The notes below the pieces were generated by a model. That model did no database searches. It saw only the letters and a list, made by a program, of their open reading frames with translations, and had not been told where the DNA came from. From Planctomycetota bacterium (GTDB lineage: Bacteria > Planctomycetota > PLA2 > JAEUHO01), in NCBI GenBank assembly GCA_965223505.1, contig CBDCWP010000026.1, positions 96,001 to 160,000 on the forward strand: 64,000 nucleotides of DNA, in the 5' to 3' direction. A program made the translations under genes and the position numbers. Of the stretch, positions 39,007-49,249 are shown in pieces. Within the stretch, counting starts at the first letter, position 1; each line of letters opens with the position of its first letter.

Positions 39007-39475
39007 TCACCGAGCGCGACTTGATGGTGAAGGTCACGGATCGTGACGGCGACCCGGCGCGCCTCCTCGTCGAAGGCACGATGGAGACCGACGTGCGGAC
39101 CGTCGCACCGAGTGCTTCCCACGAGCATGCCGCGAACGTGATGCTCACGCACCACTGCCGGCATCTGCCCGTGATCGACGCCCGTGGCAAGGTCTTGGGC
39201 ATGCTCTCGATCCGTCATCTATATCGGGAGCAACTGCGGCGCTTGCAGGGCCAGATGGACTCCCTCGAGGCGTACATGAGTGCGGACGGACCGGGCGGCT
39301 AGGACGAGAATGCCACATTGCCAGCCTGTCCCGTACGCCCTCGCTCCGTCGCGACCCTGTGCAGGCCCGTTCGCGTCCGCTGGCTTGTCTCCGGTCAAGC
39401 GCAGACCGTCCGCCACCAGAGCTTCCCGCGAGAGGAGCCCGCCAAGGAGCGGGCCTCCGCAGCTGGAGAACGAAC

Positions 39476-39808
39476 ATGTACCGCCACGATGAGCCGAGCC
39501 TGCGCAGCGCGTCACGAGACGGCAAGTCGCTGTACGTCCACCTGGCCGAGCGCTTGGACGGACTTTGTGCGAGTCACGATAGGGCGGCCGCCGAACTCTA
39601 CCTCCTTGGGCGCCGCGACTTCGAGCGTGCCCGCGGCGCGATGCGTCGCTTCGGGCACCTCCGGGACCTCATGCGCCTGCGCTTGTTCGCCGCCGACTGC
39701 TGTCAGCCTGAGAACTCGTCCGCGACGAGAACGCGACTGCTGGCTGAGTGGGCCGACTTGGTTCGCGCAGCGAAGCGGTTCGACCATTTGGCGAGGGCAC
39801 TGCCGTGA
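39476..39808 (+). CDS. Hypothetical helical protein
   Basis: ATG after GGAG RBS; 110 aa. Confidence 0.5.
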   Translation: MYRHDEPSLRSASRDGKSLYVHLAERLDGLCASHDRAAAELYLLGRRDFERARGAMRRFGHLRDLMRLRLFAADCCQPENSSATRTRLLAEWADLVRAAKRFDHLARALP

Positions 39809-40075
39809 GCCGCGCCGCACTTGCAGCGCAACGTCAGTGCTGCGGTGGCGGTGTCCCTGCCCCTTGGTCTCGGCAATTCCGGGTCCGATCCTCAGCCTGG
39901 GGTAGTATGGTTGCGACAGATCTTCTCTCGCTCATCGGGCGCAGCGTGGAACGGGTCCAACCCGTTTCCCTTACCTCCGACGCTTTGGCGGCTTTGTCAT
40001 TGGACAAAATGAAGCCCCAGCGTGCCCGATCCCGTATTTGGCCGGGGGCATAACCTAAGGATTCGAAGAATACAC

Positions 40076-40360
40076 ATGTCTCAGAACAAGCTCTATGTGG
40101 GCAACCTGTCTTTCAACAGCACGGAAGACGATATCACCGGCGCATTCTCCTCCTACGGGACGGTGACCAGCGTCAACCTCATTACCGACCGGGAAACCGG
40201 CCGGCCGCGCGGCTTCGGCTTCGTGGAGATGAGCTCCGATGCGGAGGCGCAGTCTGCGATGCAGGCCATGGATGGCCAGGACCTGGACGGTCGCAGCCTC
40301 AAGGTCAATGTTGCCAAGCCGCGCGAGTCGCGCTCCGGCGGCGGCGACAACCGCTGGTAG
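40076..40360 (+). CDS. RRM RNA-binding protein
   Basis: RNP2 KLYVGNLSF; RNP1 RGFGFVEM. Confidence 0.95.
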   Translation: MSQNKLYVGNLSFNSTEDDITGAFSSYGTVTSVNLITDRETGRPRGFGFVEMSSDAEAQSAMQAMDGQDLDGRSLKVNVAKPRESRSGGGDNRW

Positions 40361-40377
40361 TCCAGCTCAAGACAACT

Positions 40378-40415
40378 GCGCATCGGCCGGGTCCGACCCG
40401 GCCGATTGCGTTTTT
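40378..40415 (+). terminator. Intrinsic terminator after the RRM gene
   Basis: ATCGGCCGGGT/ACCCGGCCGAT hairpin followed by a T-run. Confidence 0.75.
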
Positions 40416-40443
40416 GGGTGCAACGATGGAAGCGGAGAATCTC

Positions 40444-40548
40444 ATGGCCAAGGGTCAAGTGAACAGAAGCAAGAGCAACAAACCCAAGCTCACGCCGAAG
40501 CAGAGAAAGGCCAAGAAGCAGGAGAAGCAGGCCAGGACGCGGAAGTAG
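40444..40548 (+). CDS. 34-aa lysine-rich small protein
   Basis: MAKGQVNRSKSNKPKLTPKQRKAKKQEKQARTRK; GGAG RBS; below the ORF-track cutoff. Confidence 0.6.
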   Translation: MAKGQVNRSKSNKPKLTPKQRKAKKQEKQARTRK

Positions 40549-40714
40549 CACTCGGCCGACCGCCTGCCCTCGCCTGCCACCAACTCCAGCGTCAGCTCGT
40601 AGCGTCCCGCCGGGAACGGGTCGTCTCGGTCGGGCGCCTCGACTCGCACCGAGCACAAGCCGCCCTCCTTCTTGTCCTTGTCAGCTTTCACTTCCTCGAG
40701 CTTCGCGTTTGGTC

Positions 40715-41400
40715 CTATGCAGAGTTGCGACTGCCTGCCCCGCGCGAGGCGGAGAACTCGACCGCTGATCGAAGGTCCAGCAGCCGCACATCGGTGTACG
40801 TGCGCATGGTCAACTCGAGCTTGCTGTGCCGCGCCAGCGCCTGGGCCGCTCGAGGATGGACTCCTGCCGCTGCGAGTCGGCTAATCATCGTCACGCGCAG
40901 GCTGTGGAAGTCGACGACGCGCCCCTGGTCGTCCTCGCCGTCGAGTTTGGCGTAAGCAAGATCGGCGTTGACGGTGCCGTGGGTCGGGAACAGGCGGCCG
41001 GGAAACAGGCGATCCTGCGGCCCCGTTCCGAACCCGGCAGCCTGAACGCGGGCGCGATGCGCTGCCAGCCCGTCGGCCACGTCGCTACGAAGCGGCAGCT
41101 CGGCCTGCCTCCTGGACTTCGTAATCGAGGCCCGCACCGTCAGCGTGCGCCGTTCCTCGTCCACGTCGGCCCAGGTCAGCCCCCGGAGCTCGCCCTTGCG
41201 AAGTCCTGTTCCGAGGGCGAACAGATACAGGTAGGCGCGTACCTCCCCCAGCCGGCGGAGCTTCGCTTCCTGGTCTGACGTGACGCCGGTCCTGGTGCGC
41301 TTGATGCGCGCACGCTCCAGGGGGCGCCGTCGGGCAGCGTCGAGCAGCCGCTCAACCTCGTCGTCGGTCATCGCCCGCCGCACGCGACGTCGATCCGTCT
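40715..41400 (-). pseudogene. 5'-truncated tyrosine integrase (catalytic half), close paralog of 6220-7452
   Basis: ETDRRRVRRAMTDDEVERLL...GTGLRKGEL...FHSLRVT...RTYTD; N-terminal half replaced by a transposase fragment. Confidence 0.92.
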
Positions 41401-42030
41401 CACCGAGCCGACAAACATGGGTTTCACCACACCCTTGAGGCGCGTGAAGTCGATCATCCAGATGTGGTTCGGGCGCGTTGCAAGAAGGCCCGGCGCTACC
41501 TGGGTTACGAGTCGGTCCTCGGGAGCGGGCGACGTCGGCCTGCGCAGGATGCGCTGCACACTCGAGCGCGACGCCTCCACTCCGAGCCGAGCCAGCTCTC
41601 CGGCGATGCGCCGCGTGCCCCAACGCGGCCACTCGCGCTTCATCCTGCGGGCCAGTTCAATGACGAGATCCGTGAGCGTTCCGATTCGCGGTAGCAGCCG
41701 CGGGTCTTTCCGGCGCGACAAGCGCCTCCAGTTCAGAATCGTCTGCCGCGTGATTCCGAACGCCGCGGCCGTTCGCGTCACGGACATGCGATATCGCGCG
41801 GCGTGCCACAGGATCTCGAGTCGCTCATGCGGGCGGTAGTGAGGACGTCGGCGGGAAGCAACGCGGGCAAAGCGTGCGCGAAGGAGTCCGTTCTCGGCTT
41901 CGAGCTGCTCGACCCTCTCCTCGAGCACGGCGATCTTGCCCGACAGCGGGCGGCGCCTGCCGACCGACCTTCGCCAGTGGTCGTGAGCCAGGGCGATGGC
42001 GCGTGCGAATAGGATCAGGGCCTCGTGCAT
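41401..42030 (-). pseudogene. Truncated DDE transposase (HTH + first catalytic Asp)
   Basis: AAAFGITRQTILNW, WGTRRIAGEL, RPNHIWMIDFT, then fused to integrase sequence. Confidence 0.8.
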
Positions 42031-42305
42031 CGCGGGAATCTAGCCGCGGATGAGGGCTCGGCTTCAAAGCCCAGAAGTCAGGCGTTTGCGGCGAGCTGTC
42101 AAAGGTCGTGGGCCGCTACAGTGGAGCGTGTAGTAACGGGTGACGGCAGCTCGGGTAGAGACATCCAACTCCCAGAAGGAGCACCCGTTACCCGGGGGGA
42201 GCGGTTCAGCGCGGCCCGTCCTCGCAGGTGCGCCCGGTTACGAAGTAGCCGAACACAAGGACCGTCTTTACACCGTGCGCTCCCGCACGGCTCCGCTGCG
42301 CGCGT

Positions 42306-43160
42306 CTACTTCTTCGCTCTTGCCCAAGCCTGCGTCTCCTTGAGGAGCGTCACTTGCTTCGCAAGCGCTTCATCCAGCTTGACGACGAGTTGCTGCAGCC
42401 GCTCGGGGCTCGTGCCGAGCCACTCTCTGACTTCTGCGGCGCGCTCGAATTCCTCTCCTGTCAGGTCTTCAACGGCCTTCGAGACTGCAGGTCGAAGCTT
42501 CGTCTTTCCGAGGAGTCGACGTCCTCGGCCGCCGGATAGCGCTCCGTTCCCCTGCGCCCCCCCGGATCGCGACCTTGCTTCCGCTCGATCGCTCTCGGCC
42601 CAAATGCTCACAAGCGCATCCATCATCCGCACGTCGCCGAGTTTCGCGATCGCGGCGATGGACGACTTTTGCACGGAGACATCTGGATGCTTGAGCAGCT
42701 TCTTCCACACTCTCTCCGATGGCACAAAGGGAAGAAGCTGAAGTCGTTCGATGACGGTCAGGACAGATGTGGAGTCCTTTCGGATCTTCCGCTTCTCCAA
42801 TGCGCGTGACAAGTGCTCTCCGGCATACGCAGGCATGTCTTTCATAGATCCCAGTGCAAACAGTGCACTCGTCCGAATCTCCTCGGTGCCCGAGTTCGTT
42901 GCGATCCTGAGCAGCTTGTCAGCAATCAGAGGGTGAGCGACCTTCGCAAGCTCCTGCAAAGCGTCGCTCTGCGCCCACGTCTTTGCGGCCCCCTTCTTGC
43001 CTTTCGCCCGAAACGCGATTGAGAACGCATCAAGCGCCGCAATTGCCTTACTCCGGGCTGCAAGTCGGGCTGACGCGTCTGGGTCCTTGACGATCAGAGC
43101 GTCCGCTGGAGCAGCAAGAAGCAGGAGCACCATCAACCCCGTAATTCCAATTTCACGCAT
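42306..43160 (-). CDS. Secreted HEAT-repeat protein
   Basis: Signal peptide; LLKHPDVSVQKSSIAAIAKLGD. Confidence 0.75.
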   Translation of the reverse strand: MREIGITGLMVLLLLAAPADALIVKDPDASARLAARSKAIAALDAFSIAFRAKGKKGAAKTWAQSDALQELAKVAHPLIADKLLRIATNSGTEEIRTSALFALGSMKDMPAYAGEHLSRALEKRKIRKDSTSVLTVIERLQLLPFVPSERVWKKLLKHPDVSVQKSSIAAIAKLGDVRMMDALVSIWAESDRAEARSRSGGAQGNGALSGGRGRRLLGKTKLRPAVSKAVEDLTGEEFERAAEVREWLGTSPERLQQLVVKLDEALAKQVTLLKETQAWARAKK

Positions 43161-43312
43161 GTCGGAGTTCGAGCAAGTGCTATGCCAGCTCGTCGCCGGC
43201 GCCGCCAACGACCAACCAGCGTGACGCATTCCGCCCTTCGCTAGCCACTCGAGATCAGTCGATACACCTCGAAGATTGCACGGTCTCCGTCCTTCTCATC
43301 CCACCTGGGGAG

Positions 43313-46300
43313 CTAGGGCAGCCCCCATGCCACGAACGACGCCCAAGCGCTGGGATGGGCCAGAGGCCCGCCAGCCGCCAGGCGCTCGAGCTGCGCCAGG
43401 CGGAGCGCACTGACCACCTCACGTTGCTGCCCCGCCCAGGCTTCGTAGAAGCGCGCCATGAACGCCGGCGTGTGCTCGTCGCTCACGCGCCAGCACGACG
43501 CGACCACGCGCCGAGCGCCCGCGATGAAGAACGCGCGTACGAGCCCGCGTTGTCCCTCGCCCGCCGTGGGCGTACCCCGGGCACTATCGCAGCACGAGAG
43601 CGTCACGAGGTCGCACTCGAGCCGCATGCGTCGCACGGTATCTACGGTGAGCATCTCGCCCCCGGTCAAGGCGATGCCGCTCCGCGCAGGATTGAGACCG
43701 TCGACGAACGCGTGCGCTGCGACATGCAGAGCGCGCAAACCGCCCGATCGCTCCTCGCAGGCCCGGCGCAGCGCGGCCACGCCGGCCTCCGCGCCCGTCA
43801 GTCGAGTGCGCACCGACGGATCGAATGGGCCTTCCACACCCGCAGCCTCCTTGCCCGCATGCGGCAGCGATACGAGTCCCGTACCCGCATAGTCGGGGGC
43901 AGCCACGACCACGATCCCCGTGCGACGCGTGTCGTTCGCGCCGGCGCGCAAGATCGCGTAGCTCGTGGCGCTCGGCACATAGAGCACCTCGTGATCCTCG
44001 ATCACGCGGCGGCCATCGGACGTGACGAGCGCGCCGAGCGGAATCGCAGCCAGCGCGCCGGCGGGCGCAATCAGAATGCGCCGCACGCCCTGCAGCGTCG
44101 CAGCAAGGGGCGCAAGTAGACGGACGTGTAGCTTGCGAGCAAGCGGACGATCGTCCGCTCCCGGCGTGGAGACCGCCCGCCGCCAGTCTTCGAGAGCGCG
44201 CTCGATGGACGCCCGTGCTCCGAGGTCAGCCAGCGTCAGCACTTCGCGGCCCACCCCTAGCGCCACGATCGACTCGCCCGCGTCGTGGAACGCGATGCAG
44301 ATCTCGTCCGACGCGAGCATTCGGCGGAACTCGTCGAGTCCGATGCTCCGCCCCCCCACGGCGAGGGCGGCCCTGCGACTGACGCGCTCGATCTCCGTCA
44401 CGGCGCGCTCGCGCGCCTTCCAAGCGGCCTCGAGTACCTGCTCGGCCCGACGCATGTCGAGCGCAGGGACGTCGGCTTGCTGCGCGAGGCGCACGACGTT
44501 GCTGCGGGCATCCTCGACGGCCGACCGCGTACTCTCCTCCCGCGCGCGAAGCGTCGCGGGCAAGGCAGCGAGACTCTCCGAGCGCACCGAATGCAGGGCG
44601 GCATTCAGCTGCATCGCCCGACCGGCTTCGATGAACGCGAACGCGTCCGATGCGCGGCCGAGAGCGACGGACGAACGCAGGCCGTAGGCGGCCGCATTGG
44701 CGAGATGCCGCTGACCGAAGCGCGTGTCGCCCTCCGGCATGCCGCCCAGGAGGTCACGACGCAACGCGATGGACCGCCGCGCCTCCTCGATGCACTCCCC
44801 GTGGCGTCCGAGCGCATAGAGCGCGGCACATCGCAGTCGTGCAAATCGTTCCTGGAAGGCGTGCCGAGCGTGCAGCAGTGCGCTGCCGCGGTCCGCTGCG
44901 GCAAGCGCCGCAGCGGCGTCGCCGGCTTGCATGCGGTAGGCCCCGGTACCCCACAACGCGAACGCCTCGCCGAGTCCGTCGCGCCGGCTCTCAGCGGCGG
45001 CGCGGGCCCGCTCGAGCAACGCATACGCCTCTTCGCGCGAGCCGCCACGCCACAGCAGGCTCGCGACGATGCGCTGCGCCTCGCTGTGCCGCACCGGATC
45101 GTCGGCCTCCTCCTGGATGCGCAGGCCCGCGCGGGCCGAGGCGAGGGCTTCGGCAAAGCGCCCCAGGCCTGCCTGCGCCTTGGCGAGGTGCAGAAGATCT
45201 TGCGCTTCGTCAGCGCGCTTGCCGAGCTTGCGAGAGAGGGCGAGAGCGCGACGCGCCTCGGTCTCGGCCTCCGCGTACCGTCCAAGCTCGCTCCAGATCC
45301 CTGACAGGCCGATGCGCACGAGGCGCTCGACGCGCGGTACGGACGTCAGATCCAGTGCGAGGGCTTCCTGATAGCGCTCGATTGCCTCCGGGATGCGCCC
45401 GACCGCTTCCAATGCATGTCCCATGCTGCGGAGCGCGTGCGCCCGGGCGCCGGGCTGGTCCACACGCGTTGCGACGGCCCACAGATCGTGCGCGGTTGCC
45501 AGCGTGCGCTCGGGCAGGTTCGAAACCGACCGAACGTTGAAGGCGACCAGGTAGAACGCGTAGCGGTCGCGGAGGTCCAGCCAGTCCTCCGTGGGCTCGT
45601 TGGCACGAAGCGTGGCGAGTGCCTCGGCCCGCTGTCCGGCCCAGAACAGCAGGCTCGTGAGCAGCGTCGCGCTCCGGCAGATCTCGCGCGGATGACCCGC
45701 TGCTCGGGCGACGGCAAGAGCCTCGCTTGCACTGTCCAGGGCGCGCTGCCGCGCGCCGCGCTGATGGGCCGCTCGGGCGGCACCGACCAAGGAGTGCGCA
45801 CGCGACGTCAGCATGTGAGAAGCACGTGCGTAGGCCGCTGCATCGAGGAAACGCGCTTCGGCGTCCTCGAGCAAGCCGAGTCTTTGAAGGCGCTCGGCGT
45901 AGTGGTGGCGCAAGCGCCACGCGGCCAGGCTGCCAGGCTCCTCGAGCGCCTCGGAGACCGACGCCAGCACGTGCTCTGCCGCCGCAGCGTCTCGAGCGCG
46001 CTGCATCGCCGCGATGCGTGCGGTGATCGTGCGCTCACGGTCACGTACCGCGCCCCCCGCGGCCGCGACACGCTCGATCAGACGGTCCAGGCCGCCGAGA
46101 TCTCGATGCCCGGCCGCGTCCGCGCGCCAGCGGCGAAGGTGCCGAAGGGCGGACTCCGCATCCGGTGCCGCCTCGAGCAGCAGTGCGCCTACGCGTGCCG
46201 GGTCGTGTTGGAGTGCGGACGCGATCTTGCGTGCGGTTGCGTCGTCGCCTGCCGAACGGGCCCGGGCCCACGCGTTCGCGGCCGCATTCAGCTCGAATGG

Positions 46301-46378
46301 CACCTCTGCCTCGTCGCCGGCTCGTGCCGGCGTAGCGACGAGAGTCAGCACGATCAGTGCGGCGACGACGAAGCGCAT
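43313..46378 (-). CDS. Exported TPR + CHAT (caspase-like) protease
   Basis: Signal peptide, TPR-like repeats, catalytic dyad motifs LHVAAHA and LVTLSCCDS, HPSAWASF. Confidence 0.92.
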   Translation of the reverse strand: MRFVVAALIVLTLVATPARAGDEAEVPFELNAAANAWARARSAGDDATARKIASALQHDPARVGALLLEAAPDAESALRHLRRWRADAAGHRDLGGLDRLIERVAAAGGAVRDRERTITARIAAMQRARDAAAAEHVLASVSEALEEPGSLAAWRLRHHYAERLQRLGLLEDAEARFLDAAAYARASHMLTSRAHSLVGAARAAHQRGARQRALDSASEALAVARAAGHPREICRSATLLTSLLFWAGQRAEALATLRANEPTEDWLDLRDRYAFYLVAFNVRSVSNLPERTLATAHDLWAVATRVDQPGARAHALRSMGHALEAVGRIPEAIERYQEALALDLTSVPRVERLVRIGLSGIWSELGRYAEAETEARRALALSRKLGKRADEAQDLLHLAKAQAGLGRFAEALASARAGLRIQEEADDPVRHSEAQRIVASLLWRGGSREEAYALLERARAAAESRRDGLGEAFALWGTGAYRMQAGDAAAALAAADRGSALLHARHAFQERFARLRCAALYALGRHGECIEEARRSIALRRDLLGGMPEGDTRFGQRHLANAAAYGLRSSVALGRASDAFAFIEAGRAMQLNAALHSVRSESLAALPATLRAREESTRSAVEDARSNVVRLAQQADVPALDMRRAEQVLEAAWKARERAVTEIERVSRRAALAVGGRSIGLDEFRRMLASDEICIAFHDAGESIVALGVGREVLTLADLGARASIERALEDWRRAVSTPGADDRPLARKLHVRLLAPLAATLQGVRRILIAPAGALAAIPLGALVTSDGRRVIEDHEVLYVPSATSYAILRAGANDTRRTGIVVVAAPDYAGTGLVSLPHAGKEAAGVEGPFDPSVRTRLTGAEAGVAALRRACEERSGGLRALHVAAHAFVDGLNPARSGIALTGGEMLTVDTVRRMRLECDLVTLSCCDSARGTPTAGEGQRGLVRAFFIAGARRVVASCWRVSDEHTPAFMARFYEAWAGQQREVVSALRLAQLERLAAGGPLAHPSAWASFVAWGLP

Positions 46379-47281
46379 TCACTCGACCATCGGTGCGAGG
46401 AGCGCGCGCAAGCGCTTGACGCGGGCATCGTCGGGCATGTGCGCCTCCAGTTCGGTCAATCCCTCTAGCGCAACCGCGTATCGCTCGCGCGATGCCGCAT
46501 GAAAGGCCAGCAGCAGCGTGCGTTCGTCCCCGCTGGTGCGAGATTCGATTGCCGCTCGCGCCGCTGCGTGGTCGGCGCGCGCTGTCGCATCGGCTATGCG
46601 GAACATGCTCGTCGTTGTGTGTTCGCCGAAGGGGCCCCGCGTGCGCACCTCGAGCAAGTAGCGCGTACCGTCCGTAAGCGGCTCGGCATCGGCCGGCCAC
46701 GCCATGGGCGAGTGATCGGCGGAGAAGGTGCGGACATCCTCGCCTGACTCGGTGGCAATGCGGATCTCGTAGCGCGACGCACCCGCGACGCGAACCCAGC
46801 GGATTTCCGGTCGCGCGGTCAGGCTCTCGCCGTGCGGCGCGAGGACCCGCAGGCCCCCCCGGTCGACCGTCGCCCGTACGGCTGGACCCGACGCGGTGAT
46901 CGCGGCACGCAGCCCGCCGAAGCGCTCCCCGTCGTCGGCGGCCAGGCGGTCGGCGGCCGCGAGGAGACTGGCGAACGACTCGGGGGGCGGCGGTTCGTCG
47001 CGCCCCCACAGAACCCAAAGGACGCCGACGGCCACCAGCACGGAAGCCGCGATCGCGAGCGGGGCCAGTGGCAGGCGGCGAGGCGCCACGGAGGAGGCCG
47101 CTTCGGTGGCCGGCAGCGCACTACGCAACGCGCGTACGAGCGTGCGTGCCTCGGCATCGTGGACGAGTCGCTCCTCGACGACGTCGCGCTCCTCGTCGGT
47201 GAGTCGGCTCTCCACGTAGCTGATCAGCAGGTTGTCGTCGAGCGGCTCGAGCTCGGTCGGGGACGGGTCATGCGTCGTCAA
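46379..47281 (-). CDS. Transmembrane anti-sigma-like protein
   Basis: LLISYVESRLTDEERDVVEERL (anti-sigma-like, lacking the HxxxCxxC ligands), one TM helix, extracytoplasmic domain; TTG overlaps the sigma stop. Confidence 0.75.
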   Translation of the reverse strand: MTTHDPSPTELEPLDDNLLISYVESRLTDEERDVVEERLVHDAEARTLVRALRSALPATEAASSVAPRRLPLAPLAIAASVLVAVGVLWVLWGRDEPPPPESFASLLAAADRLAADDGERFGGLRAAITASGPAVRATVDRGGLRVLAPHGESLTARPEIRWVRVAGASRYEIRIATESGEDVRTFSADHSPMAWPADAEPLTDGTRYLLEVRTRGPFGEHTTTSMFRIADATARADHAAARAAIESRTSGDERTLLLAFHAASRERYAVALEGLTELEAHMPDDARVKRLRALLAPMVE

Positions 47282-48171
47282 CGGCCACCTCCAGCTTCGT
47301 GACCCTCGATCGTAGGAGGCGCAACAGTGGGCAAAGTTGCGAGCGCCCGTGCCGCCGTCGCGACCGCCACGGCCCACGTTCGCTGCTCGAGCCCGTCCGG
47401 CAGCCGCGGGACAGCGACGTCCCGAAGGCGCTGGTGGGCGCGGTGAAGCACCTGGCTTACGCGCGGCACACCAACGCCCAAGGTGGCGGCGATGTCGCGA
47501 TGCGGAAGATCGTCGCGATGCTTGAGGACGAGCACGAGCCGCTCGCGCGGCGTGCAGCGGGCCAGGCCGTCGCGAAGCGCGGCGGAAACGACCGCCACTA
47601 CGTCGGCCTCGTCCGATGGGAGCGTGGGGTCCCCGTGCTGCGCCGCACGGTGCGCGGCGTGGTCGGGAGAGAGCCGCTCGGGGCTCTTGCGCCGGGCGCC
47701 TGCCGCGATGCGACGAACGAGGATGGTGGCCAGCCAGCCGAAGAGACTGCCCCAGCCCTGGAAGGTGCCGAGTAGGGTCGCGGCGGCCGGGCGTCGCGGA
47801 GGCGGCAACGCGAGGTCCGCCAACAAGGACTCCGCCAGGTCCTCGGCGTCTGCGCGCGCCTTGCCTTGTTTGGTGGCAAGACCCACGAGCCGCGGCATGT
47901 ACTCGTCACGCAGCACGGTCCACGCGCCGGGCTCGCCGCGGTCGCACGCGATTGCCAGCACCAGGTCTTCCAGGCAGAGGCGCTTCACGGCTGCAGCCAT
48001 TCGCTCGGTCGTGGGCTCGAGGTCGAGGGCGACCAGCCGATCGTGCACGCGCGCATCCACGATCCGCGCGAACTCCCCGAACGAGAGCGCAAGACCACCC
48101 GCGCGTGCGAGCCCCGCTGCGTGCGCGTGCCGCAGGAGCAACTCGTCAGCGGGAACCGGCTCATCGTCCAT
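47278..48171 (-). CDS. ECF RNA polymerase sigma factor
   Basis: LEDLVLAIAC..G...AW, GSLFGWLATI (region 2); TPRERLVLVLKHRDDLPHRDIAATLGV (region 4). Confidence 0.88.
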   Translation of the reverse strand: MDDEPVPADELLLRHAHAAGLARAGGLALSFGEFARIVDARVHDRLVALDLEPTTERMAAAVKRLCLEDLVLAIACDRGEPGAWTVLRDEYMPRLVGLATKQGKARADAEDLAESLLADLALPPPRRPAAATLLGTFQGWGSLFGWLATILVRRIAAGARRKSPERLSPDHAAHRAAQHGDPTLPSDEADVVAVVSAALRDGLARCTPRERLVLVLKHRDDLPHRDIAATLGVGVPRVSQVLHRAHQRLRDVAVPRLPDGLEQRTWAVAVATAARALATLPTVAPPTIEGHEAGGGR

Positions 48172-48199
48172 CTGCCAGTCAGTGTACCGACGGGGCCTA

Positions 48200-48225
48200 A
48201 ACAAAGGGGCTCCAGCGCATCCTAC
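48200..48225 (+). promoter_or_regulatory. Putative ECF promoter AAC-N14-GCATCCTAC
   Basis: Same motif and spacing upstream of three consecutive lipoprotein genes. Confidence 0.6.
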
Positions 48226-48246
48226 GCGCATCAAGGGAGCTCCCCC

Positions 48247-49017
48247 ATGCAGACGAGCCTGCGCCCGATCCTGATCACCCTTGTTCTGTTGTCCGCAAGC
48301 TGCGGCAGTTCGGGCCCCTGCACGTGCCCCGAACTCGCGGAGGCCCCGATCGCGGACGCGGCGCTTTCGTTCGACGGCGTCGACGATCTGGCTCAGATGA
48401 GTGCGCCGCCCGGCCACTTCTCGTTTGCCGGCGGTCTCACGCTCGAGGCGTGGATCCGCCCCAATACGATTCCCCAGCTCAGCGAGACCTCGCAGCGATT
48501 CATCGGACAGGACGGCTCGGTGGTCTTCGCGCTCGTCACCGGAGCCAGCGGCGTCCTGCGGGGCTCGATCTGGACCGGAGGCAGCACGGCCCTGCTCTCG
48601 CCGCCCGCGACCATCCAAGCCGGCGTGTGGCAGCACATCGCCCTCACCTACGACCTGACGACCGTGCGTATGTACGTGGACGCCTTCGAGGTCGCCAGCA
48701 TGCCCCTGTCCGCGGGACCGGCCGACCCGATGACCGACCTGTACCTGGGCAACATGCCCACGATGATCCACGACGGCGCCTACGAGGGCGAGATCGATGA
48801 CGTCCGTGTGTGGGGCTTGGCACGCACACCCTTCGACATCGCAGCGGGGATCTTCGGAACCGTCGGCCCCACCAGTCCGGGCCTGCTTGCGCACTACCGA
48901 TTCGAGGGCAGCGGCCAGACGGTGACCGATTCCAGCCAGCACGGTATCGACGGCGCACTGGGCTCGAACGGCTTCATCGTCGATCCCCGCGACCCGGAGC
49001 GCGTGTCCTCGGAGTAG
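48247..49017 (+). CDS. LamG/concanavalin-like lipoprotein
   Basis: Lipobox SASC; ALSFDGVDD, TLEAWI, WQHIALTYD, GEIDDVRVW. Confidence 0.88.
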   Translation: MQTSLRPILITLVLLSASCGSSGPCTCPELAEAPIADAALSFDGVDDLAQMSAPPGHFSFAGGLTLEAWIRPNTIPQLSETSQRFIGQDGSVVFALVTGASGVLRGSIWTGGSTALLSPPATIQAGVWQHIALTYDLTTVRMYVDAFEVASMPLSAGPADPMTDLYLGNMPTMIHDGAYEGEIDDVRVWGLARTPFDIAAGIFGTVGPTSPGLLAHYRFEGSGQTVTDSSQHGIDGALGSNGFIVDPRDPERVSSE

Positions 49018-49185
49018 CCCCCGCGACGCGCGATCGATACGGGGCAAGGGCCGGGCCATGGGCGCTCCGACCGGCACGGCGCCGGTTCTTCCGTGTGGGA
49101 TGCACTCGGCACCAGGAGTTGCGTCCGAAAACCCACTCGCCTCTGGACGTCCGCACCAGCGCTTCTCGACTTCGCTTGGCCCCGC

Positions 49186-49211
49186 AACTCCAAGGACCCC
49201 ACGCATCCAAC
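49186..49211 (+). promoter_or_regulatory. Putative ECF promoter AAC-N14-GCATCCAAC
   Basis: Matches the motifs at 48200 and 50803. Confidence 0.65.
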
Positions 49212-49249
49212 CCAGGAACCGACCCCTTTGCTCGACCCGGAGGCGCCTG

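Larger units (their letters stand above)
37441..39302 (+). pseudogene. CBS-domain protein interrupted by IS256
   Basis: VGAVAVVKDDVLVGILTE | RDLMVKV...HLPVIDARGKVLGMLSIRHL is restored in frame when the IS and one TSD copy are removed. Confidence 0.9.

Noticed and set aside
43313..48171. Type III-E CRISPR Craspase locus
   Set aside because: No Cas7-11 or array is present, and the CHAT protein has a signal peptide; the comparison is only an analogy.
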